Shown here: positions 28,354-50,907 of the stretch, in pieces
How positions within the stretch are numbered: the stretch's first letter is position 1
How the letters are laid out: each line of letters begins with the position of its first letter
From: the human T2T-CHM13v2.0 reference genome, Homo sapiens
Reading direction: 5' to 3' (one strand)
NCBI RefSeq assembly: GCF_009914755.1
Contig: NC_060943.1
DNA: 64,000 nt
Made by a program: the position numbers and the translations under genes
Notes under the pieces: generated by a model
What the model was told of the DNA's origin: nothing
Database searches by the model: none
The model's input: the letters and a program-made list of their open reading frames with translations, nothing else

Positions 28354-28771
28354 TGTTGGGGTGGCCAGACCAAACACCAGGTCGTGGGGGTGACAAAGTC
28401 TGATGGACTCAATCCTTTGAGTCCTTTGAGAAAAAGACAGTTTGAGAGAGAAAGGTGGGACACCAGGGGGCCATTGCGATCCTCGAGGCTGTGAAGGCCC
28501 AGAGCTCTGGGAGCCCACGCTGTTTATTGGTAATCCAACAGAGAAACAGGTGGTGAGAATGTGGAGGTCGAAAGGACAGGCACATGATCTACAGCTGTGA
28601 AGGTTTAGCATTTATAAGGAACCTGTTCTGCTACTTGAGATAATGGGAATAGGAGCCTAGGAGGGCTAGAAGCAAGGAACCAGCAAGTCTAGACACATTC
28701 CAGAGGACATTATGTCAGTCATGCAAGCCCTGCCTCAGCTTTCTTCCCAACCCTCAACTTTTTTCTCAACA
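28354..28771 (-). mobile_element. Betaretrovirus-like solo LTR (LTR14/HERV-K14 type), 418 bp
   Basis: TG...CA ends; 6-bp TSD ggaata (28348-28353 / 28772-28777); aagctgaggcagggcttgcatg on the minus strand. Confidence 0.8.
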
Positions 28772-29542
28772 GGAATATTTCAACAGTGATGCTGTATTCT
28801 TCTGTGCGCATTAGCACATCATAAAATTTGTCCTAGTGCACTTAATGGTGAATGATTCACTTGGTGAAATAGCTCTGTAACAGATTTCTTTCACTATAGA
28901 GTTAATTATTTTAAGTATCTTTGTGCAGCTGATATGTATAAACCAGCACATTTAATCTGGCAGCTGTCCTTTTTTCTTATTTTTTCTACATATTTTTGTT
29001 TGGAAAATGAAGGCTCTTTGTTTACAGGCCAGAAAAACTGGGAAAAACAAAGGTTCTTCCACTTGGTGGATGTTTGACAAAATATCCTTCTTGGGCCAAA
29101 AACATTGACATTATTCGTGAGCTTGTTAGAAATTCAAAAAATCAGACTTTATTTCAGATCTTCTGGAAAAAAAAAAAGAACCTGCATAACAAGGTCTTCA
29201 GCTTATTGTACATATTAAAATTTGAGAGGTGCCTTCTAAGTCACCGTGTCTTTTCTGTCTGAAAAATATTCACAACTCATTCCGTATGATCTAAATATAG
29301 CACTCAAAAATGTACATGTTCATGTTCATGCCCTTAATTTTATAATTTATTATCTAGAAAAATATCATATATGAACTGATGTTGTGGATCCTATTCTGCT
29401 CTTTTTTCTCAGGCAATATATTAGAAAATATTTTTGTGTTGGAAATTGTTTTATTGGATAATTTAGTGAGTCTTGTAAGTCAGAACCAATTCTCTTTACT
29501 CTCCAATTTCACCTTAACTCAAATTACAAACTTTGCCCATGA

Positions 29543-29731
<189 letters not shown>

Positions 29732-30532
29732 TAATTCATAATATACCCTAAAGGTTGTTTTTATGTTTTTTTGTGGAATGATTTTTAGTAATGTATTGTT
29801 TGCATAAGAGAGTTTTAGATCCCCCTTTTCCTGAAAATCTTCAGAATTTCTTTTAGAAGTGAATTTCTTCAAGATGTTTCATCTTAATTTAAACTTTCCA
29901 CTTTCCTGAGATGAGCTGTATTCTTCACTCTAAATTAGTGGTAATTCCAGAAATTTAGTGGCATAAAATATTGTTACCTCCACCTGAAAATCTAATTGCC
30001 ACCACCAACTTTTGATTCAGTAGCACCAGGTAATAAAATTTAAAAACCTACAAATTAGGACAAGGCGCAGTGGCTCACACCTGTAATCCCAGCACTTTGG
30101 GAGGCTGAGGTGGGCAGGTCGCCTGAGGTCAGCAGTTTGAGACTAGCCTAACCAACATAAAGAAACTCTGTCTCTACTAAAAACATGAAATTAGCTTGGC
30201 ATGGTGGCACATGCCTGTAATCCCAGCTACTCTGAAGGCTGAGGCAGGAGAATTTGTTGAACCTGAAAGGCAGATATTTCACTGAGCTGAGATTGCACCA
30301 TTGCACACCAGCCTGGGTAACGAGAGAAACTCCGTCTGAAAAAACAAAAAACAAACAAAAAACAAAACAAAACAAAACAAAAAACCACACACACACAAAA
30401 GAAACCTATGATTTGAAAGTATTTTCTAAATCTTTTGAAATTTTTTTTATAACTCTATTTTGGAATTTACTAGACTATTTTATCACATCTTCTCTGCTGA
30501 GCACAGTACTAGCTTGTAATTGGAGAATATGA

Positions 30533-30673
<141 letters not shown>

Positions 30674-31049
30674 TGAAAATGAATACAACAGACAACACAG
30701 ATAAGAGGTCCCAAGGTCAAAGAGAAAGCCGGTCCTTAAAATGTGATTTAGGAAGCTGTGTTCCAAAGAGAATAGTTCCTGGGATTCTGTTTTTTGTTTT
30801 GTTTTTAATTTGGCTCTCACAAAGGGACATCTTCTGTCTTATGCTTTTAAATTTTCTAAGGATTCTACTTTTCTTTCGGTGAGCTTCCTTCAACTTCACA
30901 GTGAGAGCCAGAGTCCTCTTCATGGCATATAAGAGACTGCACAATCTGGCTGCTTTTACATCGTCTTGGGGACACAGAAATATCTGCATGACTTTGAGAA
31001 ACTAAACTGTTTTTAGTCTTTTTGCATCAGGCCTGAAATGTGTGAGGGC

Positions 31050-32100
<1,051 letters not shown>

Positions 32101-33592
32101 CAGGTTTTCATAAATTGGTTTTAGAAGGTAAAGATCTTTTGTTGGGCCCTTAGTGTGATGAGATGCCCTCTGAATTGATAGTGAAGAGGGGTTGTAGCTT
32201 GGTCACAAGGCTGCTGGGTCTGCACTAGGGTCCACCTTTAGTTGGCTTGTTACAGGGGCTTGGGTTGTTGTAATTCTCATTTTATTTTTGGACAGGCTGA
32301 ATATCCTTCAGGACTTTGCTCTGTAGGGCAGACACTAGGGCATGTTTTTGCAGTCGGGTCTGCATATGGTGGGCCTTGTATCAGGATGTGGATGAGTATG
32401 GCTCTGACTGAGTACCAGACAGCATTTCCTCAGGTAACTGTGTGGGTTTCTATGTGGGCAGAATTGGCCATGATCTGTGGCTCAGGTAACTGACACTGAG
32501 TCATTGAACCGCTTCAGGGACCCCAGTAAAGGCCAATGTCTTCATGCCTGCCTGTATAGCTATAATTGGGTGCCTTTCTCCAGGTCTCTGGAGTGGCAGA
32601 ACCTCAGCCAGACTGTGGCTGGGAGGAGTTTGGGATGGTTACAGAGTAAGTTCTGAATTCTCAGCGGGACCAAGTTGGGTAAATAAACCCGATCCTGGTC
32701 TGTAGCCAAGAACAGCGGCCCTTTAGTTTCCCACCTAAATGAGGGCCTGCCTTCTGACTAGAAGGCTTCTCAATCTTTAGCTTTAACAGCATTTCACAAC
32801 TCCCTCCCTGGATCTCAAATCTCTCTTAGAGGCCCTTATTTTGGAATGGCATCTTGCTGCATAATGCATGCAGGTCTCAAAATCCTGGCCTGAAGCAGTT
32901 CTGTAACCTTAATGTTCCATGTAGCTGTCATTACAGGTGTGAACCATAATACCTTTTTCTCTCATAAAGGCATTTTTGTCAGGGATGGCTGACTTTTTTT
33001 TGCTGTAAGGGGATATGAAAATAGGACAATTTAACTCTTTCCTTCTTACTGATGTCACTCTCCATATACATTTTTACTTTCTATTTTCTATTTCAAATTT
33101 GTCTGCAATTTTAGTTTCAGATATTTAGGACAATATGCCAGAATTTGATGGTATACTTGAAGTGAATTACATAATTATTGGGCACCCAATATTTAACTAA
33201 ATATGATAAATAACTAAAATAGTTACTTATAAATCGAAGCTTTGCTGCAGGCAAAAAGGAATTATAGGATTTTCATCTACTTTTTTCAGCCTATATCTAA
33301 ATAATATAGATTATTTCCTAATATTTGTTTTACATATCAGAGGGTCTAACCCTATTCTGGAAAAAAAATATATATTTTTTCTATATTTAACAATGTAAGT
33401 CTACTCTTTTCTTCTAAAGTTGGATTACAGCAGTTGCGTTTTGTGTAAGAATACCATATATTTAAAACATTTGTTTTTTAACAAATCTAGTTTTAAATGC
33501 TAATTTATTAAAAGTTTCTCATTAGAATCTTCTATTTATAATTATGCTGCATATTCTCTGAAATTTTACTGCCACAGAGTGCATGCCAATGA

Positions 33593-33901
<309 letters not shown>

Positions 33902-34431
33902 TGATCCACTGGCCTTGGCCTCCCAAAGTTGCTGAGATTACAGGCATGAGCCACCGTGCCTGGCCTGACTACTTTTTTTAAATGATACATTAATGTAGCA
34001 TACCAGATTTTATGAGTAAACATTCTTTTATTATTGTTTGTAGTTCTATATTAGTGTGTTTCTTCAGTGTAGGTTTCTCTTTTTTTTTTTTTTTTTTTTG
34101 AGATGGAGTCTCATTCTGTCATCCAGGTTAAAGTGCAGTGGCACAATCTCAGCACAATCTCTGCCTTCTGAGTTCATGCCATTCTTCTGCATCAGCTTCC
34201 CGAGTAGCTGGGACTACAGGCGTGCCACCACAACTGGCTAATTTTTGTATTGTTATTAGCAACGGTGTTTCACCATATTGGCCAGGCTGGTCTCGAGCTC
34301 CTGACCTCGTGATCTGCCCACCTCAGCCTCCCAAAGTGCTGGGATTACAGTCTTGAGCCACCGTGCCCGGCTTCAGTGTAGGTTTCTTAACATCAGTTTA
34401 TTGTGTCTATTGGTTTTACTTATGTAGTAAG

Positions 34432-34664
34432 TAGAGAATTTGCAATTCTTTTTGTATGCTTTAAGTCAATTTGAGGTTTAGCTAAGAGATAAATTATGCA
34501 TCTCTATCACAGTCAGATTACATATGTATGTGTGTTTATCTATAAATATTTAGACAATTTGCAATTCTGTTTGTACACTTTAAGTCCATTTGAGGTTTAA
34601 GAGATAAATTGTGCATGTCTATCACAATCAGATTACATAAGTATGTGTGTTTGTCTGTAAATAT
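34432..34664 (+). repeat. Diverged ~120-bp tandem duplication
   Basis: aatttgcaattct...gattacata.gtatgtgtgttt.tct.taaatat occurs twice. Confidence 0.85.
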
Positions 34665-35475
34665 GACCCCAATTTTAGATATTTTTTCTTAGCTGAATTT
34701 CAATGGGAGTTTTATCTTGTCTAAGTGAGTAGTCATGGAGATAGTCTTACTTTCACCATGTGTTTAATAATTAATATATATTTTTCCTTTTGTGAGAGAA
34801 ACACTTTTGTGATCTGAAGGTAATTTTCAGAAAGATGTATAATTCTGGATTTTTTTTCAATTTTTCTTTAAAAGCATTGTTTTAAAAACACATAACATAA
34901 AATTTACCATCTTAAATTTATTAAAGTGTACATCACAGGGTCAGGCATGGTTGTGGCTCTCGTCTGTAATCCCAGGACTTTGGGAGGCCAAGACAGGAGG
35001 ATTCCTGTAGCCCAAAGGTTTGAGACCAGCCTGGGCAACATATGGAGACCCATTTCTGTAAAAAAAAAAAAATTAATAATAGCCAGGCATGGTGGTGTGC
35101 AGCTGTGGTCCCAGCTACATGGGAGATTGAAGGGGAGTCAAAATTGTGCCTCTACACTCCAGCTTGGGTGACAGAGTGAGACTCTGTCTCCAAAAAAAAA
35201 AGCTGTTTATTTCAGGCATGTTGTTATGCAAAAGACTTCTAGAAACTTTACATCTTGCAAAACTAAAACTTAGTACCCATTAAGAAACAACTGCTCATTT
35301 TACCCTCTCTCCAGCCCTTGACAGACAAACCTTCCACTTTCTGATTTTATGATTTTGACTACTTATTTCATATAAGTGAAATCATACAGTATCCATAATT
35401 TTGTTACTGTATTAATTCAAGTGACACAATATTCTCAATGTTCATCTTAAAATGTGACAAGATTGTTCTTTTTAA

Positions 35476-35811
<336 letters not shown>

Positions 35812-37164
35812 TAGAGACGGGGCCAGGCTGGTCTCAGACTCCTGACGTCAGGTGATCTGCCCCCTCAGCCTCCCAAGTTGCTAGATTTACAGGCTTGAAC
35901 CACTGCACCTGGACTTTGTTACATATTTTGGATATAGATTTCTAAATGAGGAACATTTATAACTTTTTAAAATAATGGCTGTATCTTTGTTTTCCACCAA
36001 CGTTTAACATGGGTTTCATTTTTATTGCATCATCAAGAGATTCGATGTTTTCTAAAAAATTTATAGTGGCCATTCTAATGGGTGTGAGGTGATTTTGTTT
36101 GTCATTGTGGGTTTTTCTTTTTCAGTTCTCTATAAATAGTTTTTTGTGCCCTTTCAAATGCTTTTTCTCATTTGTGTACTTTTCTAATGAAAACTTGTTT
36201 ATCTATTTCTAAATTAAGTTATTCACCTTTATTGTTTAGTTTTAAGGGTTGTTTATATATTTTGAATATTAACTTCTTTCACATGTAATTTGCAAATGTT
36301 TTCACCCATTTTCTAAAGGACGTTGTTACTCTTGAATTGTTTTTTAATATGCAGAAATTTTGATGTCTAGTGTAGTTAAACTTTTCTGTTATTTCATTTA
36401 TTGCTCATGCATTTAATTTCTTATCTAAGAAAATGGTGCCATGACCAATGTGATGTCTTTTTCCTATATTTTTTTGAAAGGATTTGTTAGTTATTTTATT
36501 TCTCAGTATTTTATTTAAATACTGAGATCTCTGTGCCTCAGCCTCCCAAAGTGCTGGGATTACAGGCATGAGCCACTGTGCCTGGCCTCCTTTATTTTTG
36601 AGATAGGGTCTCACTCTGTCAACCAGGCTAACTTGCAAGGCTCAGTGCTACCCAAACCTCCCAAATTCAGGTGATGATCTCATTTCAGCCTTTCAAGTAG
36701 CTGGGTTACAAGTAGGTGCCATCAAACCCTGCTAGCTTTTCTGTATTTTTTGTAGAGACAGAGTTTTGCCATGTTGCCCAGGCTGGCCTTGAACTCCTGG
36801 GATCAAGTGATCAGCCTATCTTAGCCTTCCACAGTACTAAGATTACATTTTATTTTATTAAGTAGTTTAATTAATTCATACTTAAAATGATTGCTTAAAG
36901 AAAAATTACCAGTTATATAATTATTGTGTTATGTGTTTCTAATAGTTATGTTCTCATTTCCTATTTTATTTTCTTAATTTTCATTTAATTTTGTACTGGT
37001 ATGCTTTATTTTTTATTTGCTTTTGTATACTTTCTATAAATTTTATCTTTGTAATCATCTTGAAATGTGGAGATTACATACATCTTAAAGTTAAAACTAT
37101 ATTTTAATCTTATAAGAACTTCAATTGAATACAAAAACTATGCCTCTATATTTTCAGCTTATAA

Positions 37165-37443
<279 letters not shown>

Positions 37444-37629
37444 TGATTCACCCGCCTCATCCTCCCAAAGTGCTGGGATTACAGGCATGAGCCGATGTGC
37501 CCAGTCGATTTATTCAGATTCACATATTGTTTTTTATATTCTATAAAAAAGAACTTTAAAGGTTTCATGTATAATAATTTTGATTTTTTTTTTTTTTTTG
37601 AGACTGAGTCTTACTCTTGCCCAGGATGA

Positions 37630-38052
<423 letters not shown>

Positions 38053-38897
38053 TGAAGTAAAATAATTTAAAATCGAGTATTGCTGGTTAGAAATGTTTTT
38101 TTGTTACATCAAAATTTGGGAAGTTCTCAACTTTTTTGTTTTTTTTAATCTTCAAGTACTTCTGTATTTCTTTTTCCCTATATTCTAAGATTTCTTTTAT
38201 GAATACATTGATCTACTTGACGGTATCCAATAAGTTTTGTGTTCCATGTTTTACTGCTTTTTTTGCAATTTAATATTTTTGTGTTATATATTTTTGGGTA
38301 TGTCACATCACAGCAATTAATTGTGGTTTGATTTTTTTGTTTATAATTGTATATGACAATATTTAACTCTGTACCACTTAAGACAGTGTGGAGCAAAATT
38401 AAATATGAATAAGCCATATGTCTATTACCAATATAATTATTTCTGTTTCTTTTCCTGTATAAATATTATCCCTGTAGTTTTGTGTCACTTGTGTGTTTGT
38501 TGTGTAGGTTTGTTGTAACGGTTTTTTATTTTATTTTCTTTTTTTTTTCTCCTTTGAGAGGGAGTTTCACTCATGTTACCCAGGCTGGAGTACAATGGCA
38601 GGATCTCAGCTCACTATACAACCTCTGCCTCCTGGGTTCAAGCCCTTCTCCTGCCTCAGCCTTCCAAGTAGCTGGGATTACATTCGTGCACTACAACGCC
38701 CGCCTAATTTCATTCATACTTTAGTAGAGACAGGGTTTCACTATGTTGGTCAGGCTGGTCTTGAACTCCTGACCTCAGGTGATCTGCCCACCTTGGCCTC
38801 CCAAAGTGCTGGGATACAGGCGTAAGCCACCGCACGCAGCTTGTAACAGTGTTTTTAATCCTGTCTAGGTGAGTAGTCATAAAAACTCTCCTAATCT

Positions 38898-39221
<324 letters not shown>

Positions 39222-39423
39222 TTATTTTTGTGTGTCAGAAACACTTTTGGATTTGAAGATAATTTCAAAACAATACTAACTCTGTATTTTTTTAAGGTAT
39301 TATTGTTTACTTATGTGTTATGTGTCAAAAAATAATAAAATTTATAATAAAATATTTCTAGGCCGGGCGGGGTGGCTTACGCCTGTAATCGCATCACTTT
39401 CAGAGGCTGAGGCGGGCAGATCA

Positions 39424-39642
<219 letters not shown>

Positions 39643-41462
39643 CTAAATATTCAGTTTGTTCATATTAATTATATTGACATTGTTATGCAACATATCACTA
39701 GAATGTTTTTATCTTGCAAAGCTAAATCTCTATACACATTAAACAACTACCAATTCTTCCCATTTCGTGGCACTCTTCAAACACCACATTGTTTTCTGTT
39801 TCAAAGAGCATAACTGATTTATATATCTTATACAATATCTGTCTGTTTGTGGCTGGCTCATTTTGCATAATGTCATCAATATTTATCTTAATAATTGTTA
39901 GAATATGTGTTGTATCATTTCTATATATTTGTACATTTATTAATTATTTGTATTATTATTTTATACTCTAATTCCGTTTTTGTCATAGAAAGTAATCTAT
40001 TTTCAGCTTTAAAAAATGTGTTATGACTTTGTTTTTGGCCTAACAGGTGGTCCATAAAGAAGAAAGTTGTATGAGCTATTGAGAAGGCTGTGTATCCTGA
40101 TGTTGTTGAGGAGTGTTCTCTATACCTTCATTAGAAATAATTGTTTTTTACTGCCTTCTAGTCCCCTGTTCCCTTACTAATATTCTGTCTTGTTTTATTA
40201 TTATAACAGAAAATGCATTACTGAAATAGCCTATTATAATTATATTTCTCTCTATGTGTTTATTCCGTTTTCTTACTATTTGCTTTATATATTTGAAACC
40301 CTAATTTGAGACACACACGCACACAAATACACACATGGATAAACAAATTTGTCATAGGTCCCCAGCGAATGAATCTACATATTGTTTAACATCTTTTTGA
40401 AGTTTTGACTTAAATTACATTTTATAAAATATGACAGTTTTTGACTTAAGATGTAGCTTGTGTAATACTATTGTGACCTCTTCTGCTCTCATTTGGTTAA
40501 TATTTACATGACATTTCTACTTCCATCTTGCCACTTTCAGTCTTTTTTTGTTATTAGATCTCAACTGACTCTTGTAGAAAGGCAAGTTAAATCTTGATTT
40601 CACAAAATTTTTAATAAACTTTTTTATTGAAAGAATGTCTCTTGATTGGAAAGATAATTATACATATAAAATTTTAAATAGTTTTCTGAAAGAGAAAAGC
40701 TTACTAATGTTATTTTATTTTTTGTTTTATTTGATTCTTGTATCTTTGTCTCTCATTTTCCTTTCTGTTTTTTTTTTTTGTATTAATATGCTTTCAGGTT
40801 TTTAAAAATTTTCTTTTGTGTATCTTTACAGATATTTTCTTAGTGGTACCATGGGGGATTCTATAAAAACTCTAAAAGATCCAACAATATATTTGAATGT
40901 GGTAAAAAAATAACTTAAGTTATATGCAAAAATTCTTCATCATTACATCTGCTGCTCCGAAAATGCTCTTATATGTGAATTTTGAAATTTTACTTATATA
41001 TGTGTTTGTTATAAGTATCTTTATGTGTATCCTAGTTTGTTTGTTCAGCTTTTTTATGTTTACATCATTTTTCTTTTGATAAATTTTTCAGTTACTTTTT
41101 GTAATTTTTATATCCAAAATTTTTATTTTTTGCTATTTTAATATTTCTTGTTATCCTCATTTTCCTGATCTTCAGTAGTTGTCTGTGTTTCCATTTCACT
41201 TACTGTATATTATTATGTTTTATTTATTTCTGTATTTATTTTATCTGAGATGGAGTCATTTTCTGTCAAGCTGGAAGCAGTGGTGCAATCTCGGCTGACT
41301 GCAACCTCTGCCTCCTAGGTTCAAGCGATTCTCCTGCTTCAGTCTCCTGAGTAGCTGGGTACAGGTGCTTTCCACTATGACTGGCTAAGTTTTTGTATTT
41401 TTAGTACAGACAGGGTTTCACCATGTTGGCTATGCTGACCTTGAACTCCTGACCTCAAATGA

Positions 41463-41690
<228 letters not shown>

Positions 41691-42361
41691 TGAGTTTTTA
41701 GTAGATACAGGGTTTCACCATGTTCTCTAGGCTGGTCTCATACTCCTGACCTCATGTGATTTTCCCACCTTAACCTCTCTGTGTTGAAATTACAGGAATG
41801 ACCACCAACCCTGGCCTGTTCAATTTATTTGGAATTTTAAAAATTACTTTATATGCTTTTTATAGTTGCTTTTGAAATGTTTTTCATTGGGCCATGTTTC
41901 TCTAATATTTTGTGTACATTGCAATCTTTGATTGAGATTTGGACATTGACAAAAAGCTACCTGTTACAATCTTTTTATAATATAGCTTTGTCCTGGCATA
42001 GTCTGAAATCAATAGTCTTGGCTAGAGATTCTGGGAATTTCTCAAACATGTTCTTAGGATGTGTCTTGTCTAAATTTTGTGTTTATTGTTTAGTTAAATG
42101 GCTTATTTTTTTTAATAATCAGTAATCACTTGCTGCAGCCATTCCCTGTTTGGGGTACTGCAGTTTCTCTGCTTCTCTAACATTTATCTTTAGACTCAGT
42201 AGACTCAAACTGTCATTCCAATGTATATCACCACTTCTTTAAGCGTTTTATGTCATGGGAGACATTAACCAGTGTCTAAGAAGCACATAGAAGCCAGAAA
42301 TAAAGATGTATGTGCCAATGTTTTTCTTTAAAAAAAAAAAAAAAAGAATTGGCAACTTACA

Positions 42362-42363
<2 letters not shown>

Positions 42364-42413
<50 letters not shown>
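42364..42413. repeat. (TG)17(AG)n compound microsatellite in an Alu tail
   Basis: Read directly from the sequence. Confidence 0.95.
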
Positions 42414-42414
<1 letters not shown>

Positions 42415-42942
42415 CAGAATGTCATTCTGTTCCCTATGCTGAAGTGCACTGGCATGATCTTGGCCCACCACATTCTCTACCTCCACAGTTCAAGCAATTC
42501 TCCTGCCTAAGCCTCCCAAGTAGCTAGGATTACAGGTACCTGTTACCATGCCTGGCTAATATTTTGTATTTTTAGTACAGATGGGGTTTCATGATGTTGG
42601 TCAGGCTGGTCTCAACCTCCTGACTTCAGGTGATCCACCTGCCTTGGTCTCCCAAAGTGCTGGGATTAAAGGCATGAGCCTGGGTGGAAATTTCTTTTTC
42701 TTTGTTTCGTTTCTTTTCTTTTTTTTCCTTTCTTTTCTTTTCTTTTCTCCTTCCTTCCTTCCTTCCTTCCTTTCTTCCTTCCCTCCTTCCCTCCCTCCCT
42801 CCCTCCTTCCTTCTTCTGGCTCTGCTGCCCAGGGTGGAGTGCAGTGGTGTGATCTTGGGTCACCGCAATCTCCGCCTCCCAGGCTCAAGCAATTCTCTGC
42901 CTCAGCTTCCCAAGTAGCTGGGATTTGCCCACCACCATGCCT

Positions 42943-45900
<2,958 letters not shown>

Positions 45901-46491
45901 AGAGAGTTGATACTAAAATATATGTTTGCAGAAACAGTAAATATAAAAAATATTTAATTCAAAATGAATTCCATGTAAATATCAGAGAATTTACAGTAGA
46001 ATAAGGCACTGATACTTCAGACATTACACTAAAACAGTGTTGAGTATAAAAAAGAATCCACAACAAAAATTGTTAGATAAATTATATATAGCTTTAAAAG
46101 GTTTTTTGAAGCATTGTAATTACATTGAAAGTATACTTGCTTTCTTGAGAAAAAATTTTTGAAAAGTGAATAAGGTAATAGAGCTTTCAAATTTATGCTG
46201 TTACTTTATTTCTATTCACATGTGAAAGCATGTGATCAATTGATGCTGCATCAGAGATATTACAGATTCTTTATTGGGCATTCCTTATAACCTTTTCTAT
46301 TAAAGAGAAAGGATATTAAAATGTAAGATGCATGATGAAAATATAAGTGGACAGGCTGTTCGTATTTGACCTATATTAAGTAATGTATAAGGTAGTGTTC
46401 AGAGTAATACTTTTCTACATTATAGTGAGAGAAATTATGAATTACAGTTAAAGGTATATTAAATTACTGTATTATTTTACTAATTTTATGT

Positions 46492-46497
46492 AATAAA
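46492..46497 (+). terminator. Candidate ZNF90 polyadenylation signal
   Basis: AATAAA followed by a GT/T-rich tract; other hexamers exist at 44728 and 44852. Confidence 0.45.
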
Positions 46498-47378
46498 ATA
46501 CACTACATTAAAAAATTGTTAGATTGTGTGTGAAGTTAATTTTGTTGTATCCATTTATTTTTTTTTTTGAGATGGAGTCCACTTTCTCATCCAGGCTGGA
46601 GTGCAGCAGCGCAATCTCTGTGTGATCATTGCAACCTTCACCTCCCAAGTTCAAGCGATTCTCCTGCCTCAGTCTCCCAAGTAGCAAGGACTACAGGTGT
46701 GTGCCACCATGCCCGGCTAATTGTTTCACCATATCAGTCGGGCTAGTTTCGACCTCTTGAGCTCAAGTGATCCACCTGCCCCGGCTTCCCAAAGTGCTGA
46801 GATTGGCCTAGTTTTATTTTATTTTTTACCATATTAAGACTATTTTGCATTTAATGAAGCCATATTATGCCACTAACTTTAACCTATCCCACCTTACTCA
46901 AGGGTATAGTTACAAGATGGTAGCAGTATACTATTTGGTATATAGTAGAATAACATCATTAGTAATCACTTTGCCAGTGGCTTTAAATTAATTGAGTTGA
47001 AGAATATTTTTCCCATAGGTTAAATTTTTATTCTTACAGAAATTTATTCTTAGTATTTGTGGGTATATAGTATGTGTTTACGTTTATGCTTTATATGGCA
47101 TACTGTGATTCAGGACTACAATATGTAGTAATTACATTAGGGTAAATAAGGTATCCATCACGTCTAGCATTTATCCTTTGTATTACAGTGTAATTATACA
47201 CTTTTAGTTATTTGAAAATGTACAATTAAATTTTAATTGACTACAGGGTTATTTTTATGGTCGTAATAAAAATTATACAGAAATATAAAAAGAATATGGC
47301 CAGATGAAGTGGCTCATGCCTGTAATCCCAACCATTTGGGAGGCTGAGGCAGCTGGATTGCCTGACGTCAAGATTTCA

Positions 47379-47642
<264 letters not shown>

Positions 47643-50339
47643 TCATAGAGTGAAATATCCACATATTACTCTGAAGGTAAACCTTAGGTGTAAGAAAAAT
47701 ATAAAGTGAGTAAGTGTATTTGTGAGTTTGCTTTGGTACATATTTTCAGAAGAAAAGCACAATTATTGAAACAAAACAACTTATTTTAATTTGGTGAATA
47801 ACAGAAAACACCTTCAAAATGTTGAAAGCAAATCTACACTTTCTGCTTTGTATTGAATTTATTAATGTAAAATTTTATAGCTTATGTTTCAAATTCTTTC
47901 CAGAATCTGCCTATTGAAGCACAGGCAATTTTGTCTCCATAAATAACACTCTTGAGTACAACAATAAAAGCCCTCTTCAAACAAACAAATTATTTATAAC
48001 ACTTATTTTAATGAAAATGTAACCAAAAGTATATAATTGGGTATATTTTTGTTGTTCTATGTGTGTGCGAATGTATAAATTGGTACATAAGGACAAAATA
48101 ATTTAAGCCAGAAAAAAAGATGTTAGCTAATATTTGTAATGAATAAAACTGGAAAGTAGTTAATTATTATTTGCACATAATGTCTTTGTTTACGTAGATA
48201 ACAAAACAGCAGAAAGACTATTTTAAAATTTTATTCAAGTGGGTAGGTAACATTCTAAGATAATACGCTGGATTCCCAGTCTGTTGCACACCTGCTGTGT
48301 AATACTTTTTCCTTGAGTGTAAAAAAATGTGCAACTGGTGGGAAAATCACTCAAGAAATTAGGTTACTCATGTGTTGACTTTGTGTTTATCAAAATGGAG
48401 ATTGTCCTGACTGTGCTAAACTTAATCAGAGGTGCTTTTAAGAGAAAGACACATCATAGAAAAACACCCCTGCTTGCCTGAAAGTAAGTGACTTCTAGGT
48501 GGGCCATGTTGCAAGCTGCTTATGGTGACCACATGGCAGAAAACATATTTGTACATTGTTATCATTCCTGCCCTTCTGCATGTTGCTTCCAGTAGGGAGA
48601 ATCTAAGGATCCTATGACAGGGAAAAAAAGGAAATCTCATTCATGCAAGAAATAATCACCTCTCACCTGGGATAGCTTAAGAGAAGCAGGAGACCACAAC
48701 AGAACCACATAAATGGGAGGAAAATGGTAACCTGGGTAAAAGTGCTCTCTGGCATTATGGAACAACATTTAGTAAGCTGTAGTGAATGGTCAGCCTCTGG
48801 GATACCAATAGTTTACCAACAAGGCTGAACTCATTCTAATTCAATCAGCATGTCTGCATTTACACTATCCATTACAGAAATACCATGAAGACCAGTGGGT
48901 AATGTCCTAGAATTGAACTTATTTCAAATCATACCTAATTGTTTTTCACATTTGAAAAACCTTAAAAACAATGAATTCATAAATAATTAACTTCTAATTA
49001 TAGAGGATTCTACTATACTGTAATACAAGATTAAAGTGTAAACACCTTAAGATTTCTTGAATGCATGATTGGTTATGTAGTTTATTTTAAATAATTAACG
49101 TGATAAAAGTAACAAATAGATAAAACATTGGAAACGGACAAAATTAATAAAAACCACATCTTTTCAATGGCTTGGCGTAATTGCTATGCTTTTGGAAATG
49201 GCCAGATTACTAACAAGAAACAAAAACAAGATTTTGGCTTTGCTCAGTCATTGTTTTTGACCTTCTGAAATCTAAAATCCAGGCCAAAGTGTTGAATGGG
49301 AGTATTTTATAGGTGGCTTCCTTGGGTTTCCAATGCAATGAAGGGAAAACTTTGATAGGCAGGAAAATGCACACTATATACACACATTGCTCTTCTCTGA
49401 TTTGCTTTAACATTGAAAAATTGAAGATTGTAAATGTAGTCTCAATTAGAGTAAATTAACAAAAGATTTGTTTTTCAAAAAGCAAATGTATAAAATTAAT
49501 GGGTAACAGATGCCATTAGCTGCTAAAAAATAGTATGACTAAATTCAGTAAGTATCTAGCCATGCAAATAACAGCCCAATTAAATGAAGACCCTCATAGG
49601 TGCATGTGGAAAGCATTGCTGTGCAGTGTGGTGCCTCCACTCAGCATTTTCTTCTACCTCTTCACAGAGAAACCAGTTTCCCCTGAGTGACTAAGGATGC
49701 ATACTGGGAGCTGAGAATGCTGTGTTCAGAGTGATTACTGAAAACATGGTTAACACACTTCTTCCATATGATAATAAAATGATATAAATCTTTCTCTGCC
49801 TCGGAAAAGCTTTTAGTAAAAGATTATTCAATTTAGGTTCATGAAAAATGTTAAATTCCAGATAATTTAGACACTTAAATGTCAATGAAATCCCATAAAA
49901 CATATTTGAACAGTGTTTGACACGAGTCGCACCGAAACAAATGCTCTTCACGATCATTGTTAAAGTAGCAATAGCGCCACGTGCTTTCCTGGGAACTGCT
50001 GGCCTGTTTTCCACTCATACAAAGTGGAGAAGGCTTTGAAATAGCAAAGGAGGGTGACATAAATTGAATACTTATATGAAATTTTTAATTAAAAATAGCA
50101 TTTGATGTTATACAACTATAAGTGAGACTATTAGTGTGATGTCATATTCTTAATTATATTGACAAAATAACCATTCACAGTATTCCTATTTAAAATAACA
50201 TGTTTTGTCGGCTGTATATTTGCTAGCTTTTGGTTAAATAGTACCAGAGCTCAATAGCAATCAACAAAATGAATCTTTATTTTACCGCAAGCATTAGTGA
50301 TGCATATGCCTGTTTTTCTTAAAGTTCATTAGCTTTTTG

Positions 50340-50907
<568 letters not shown>
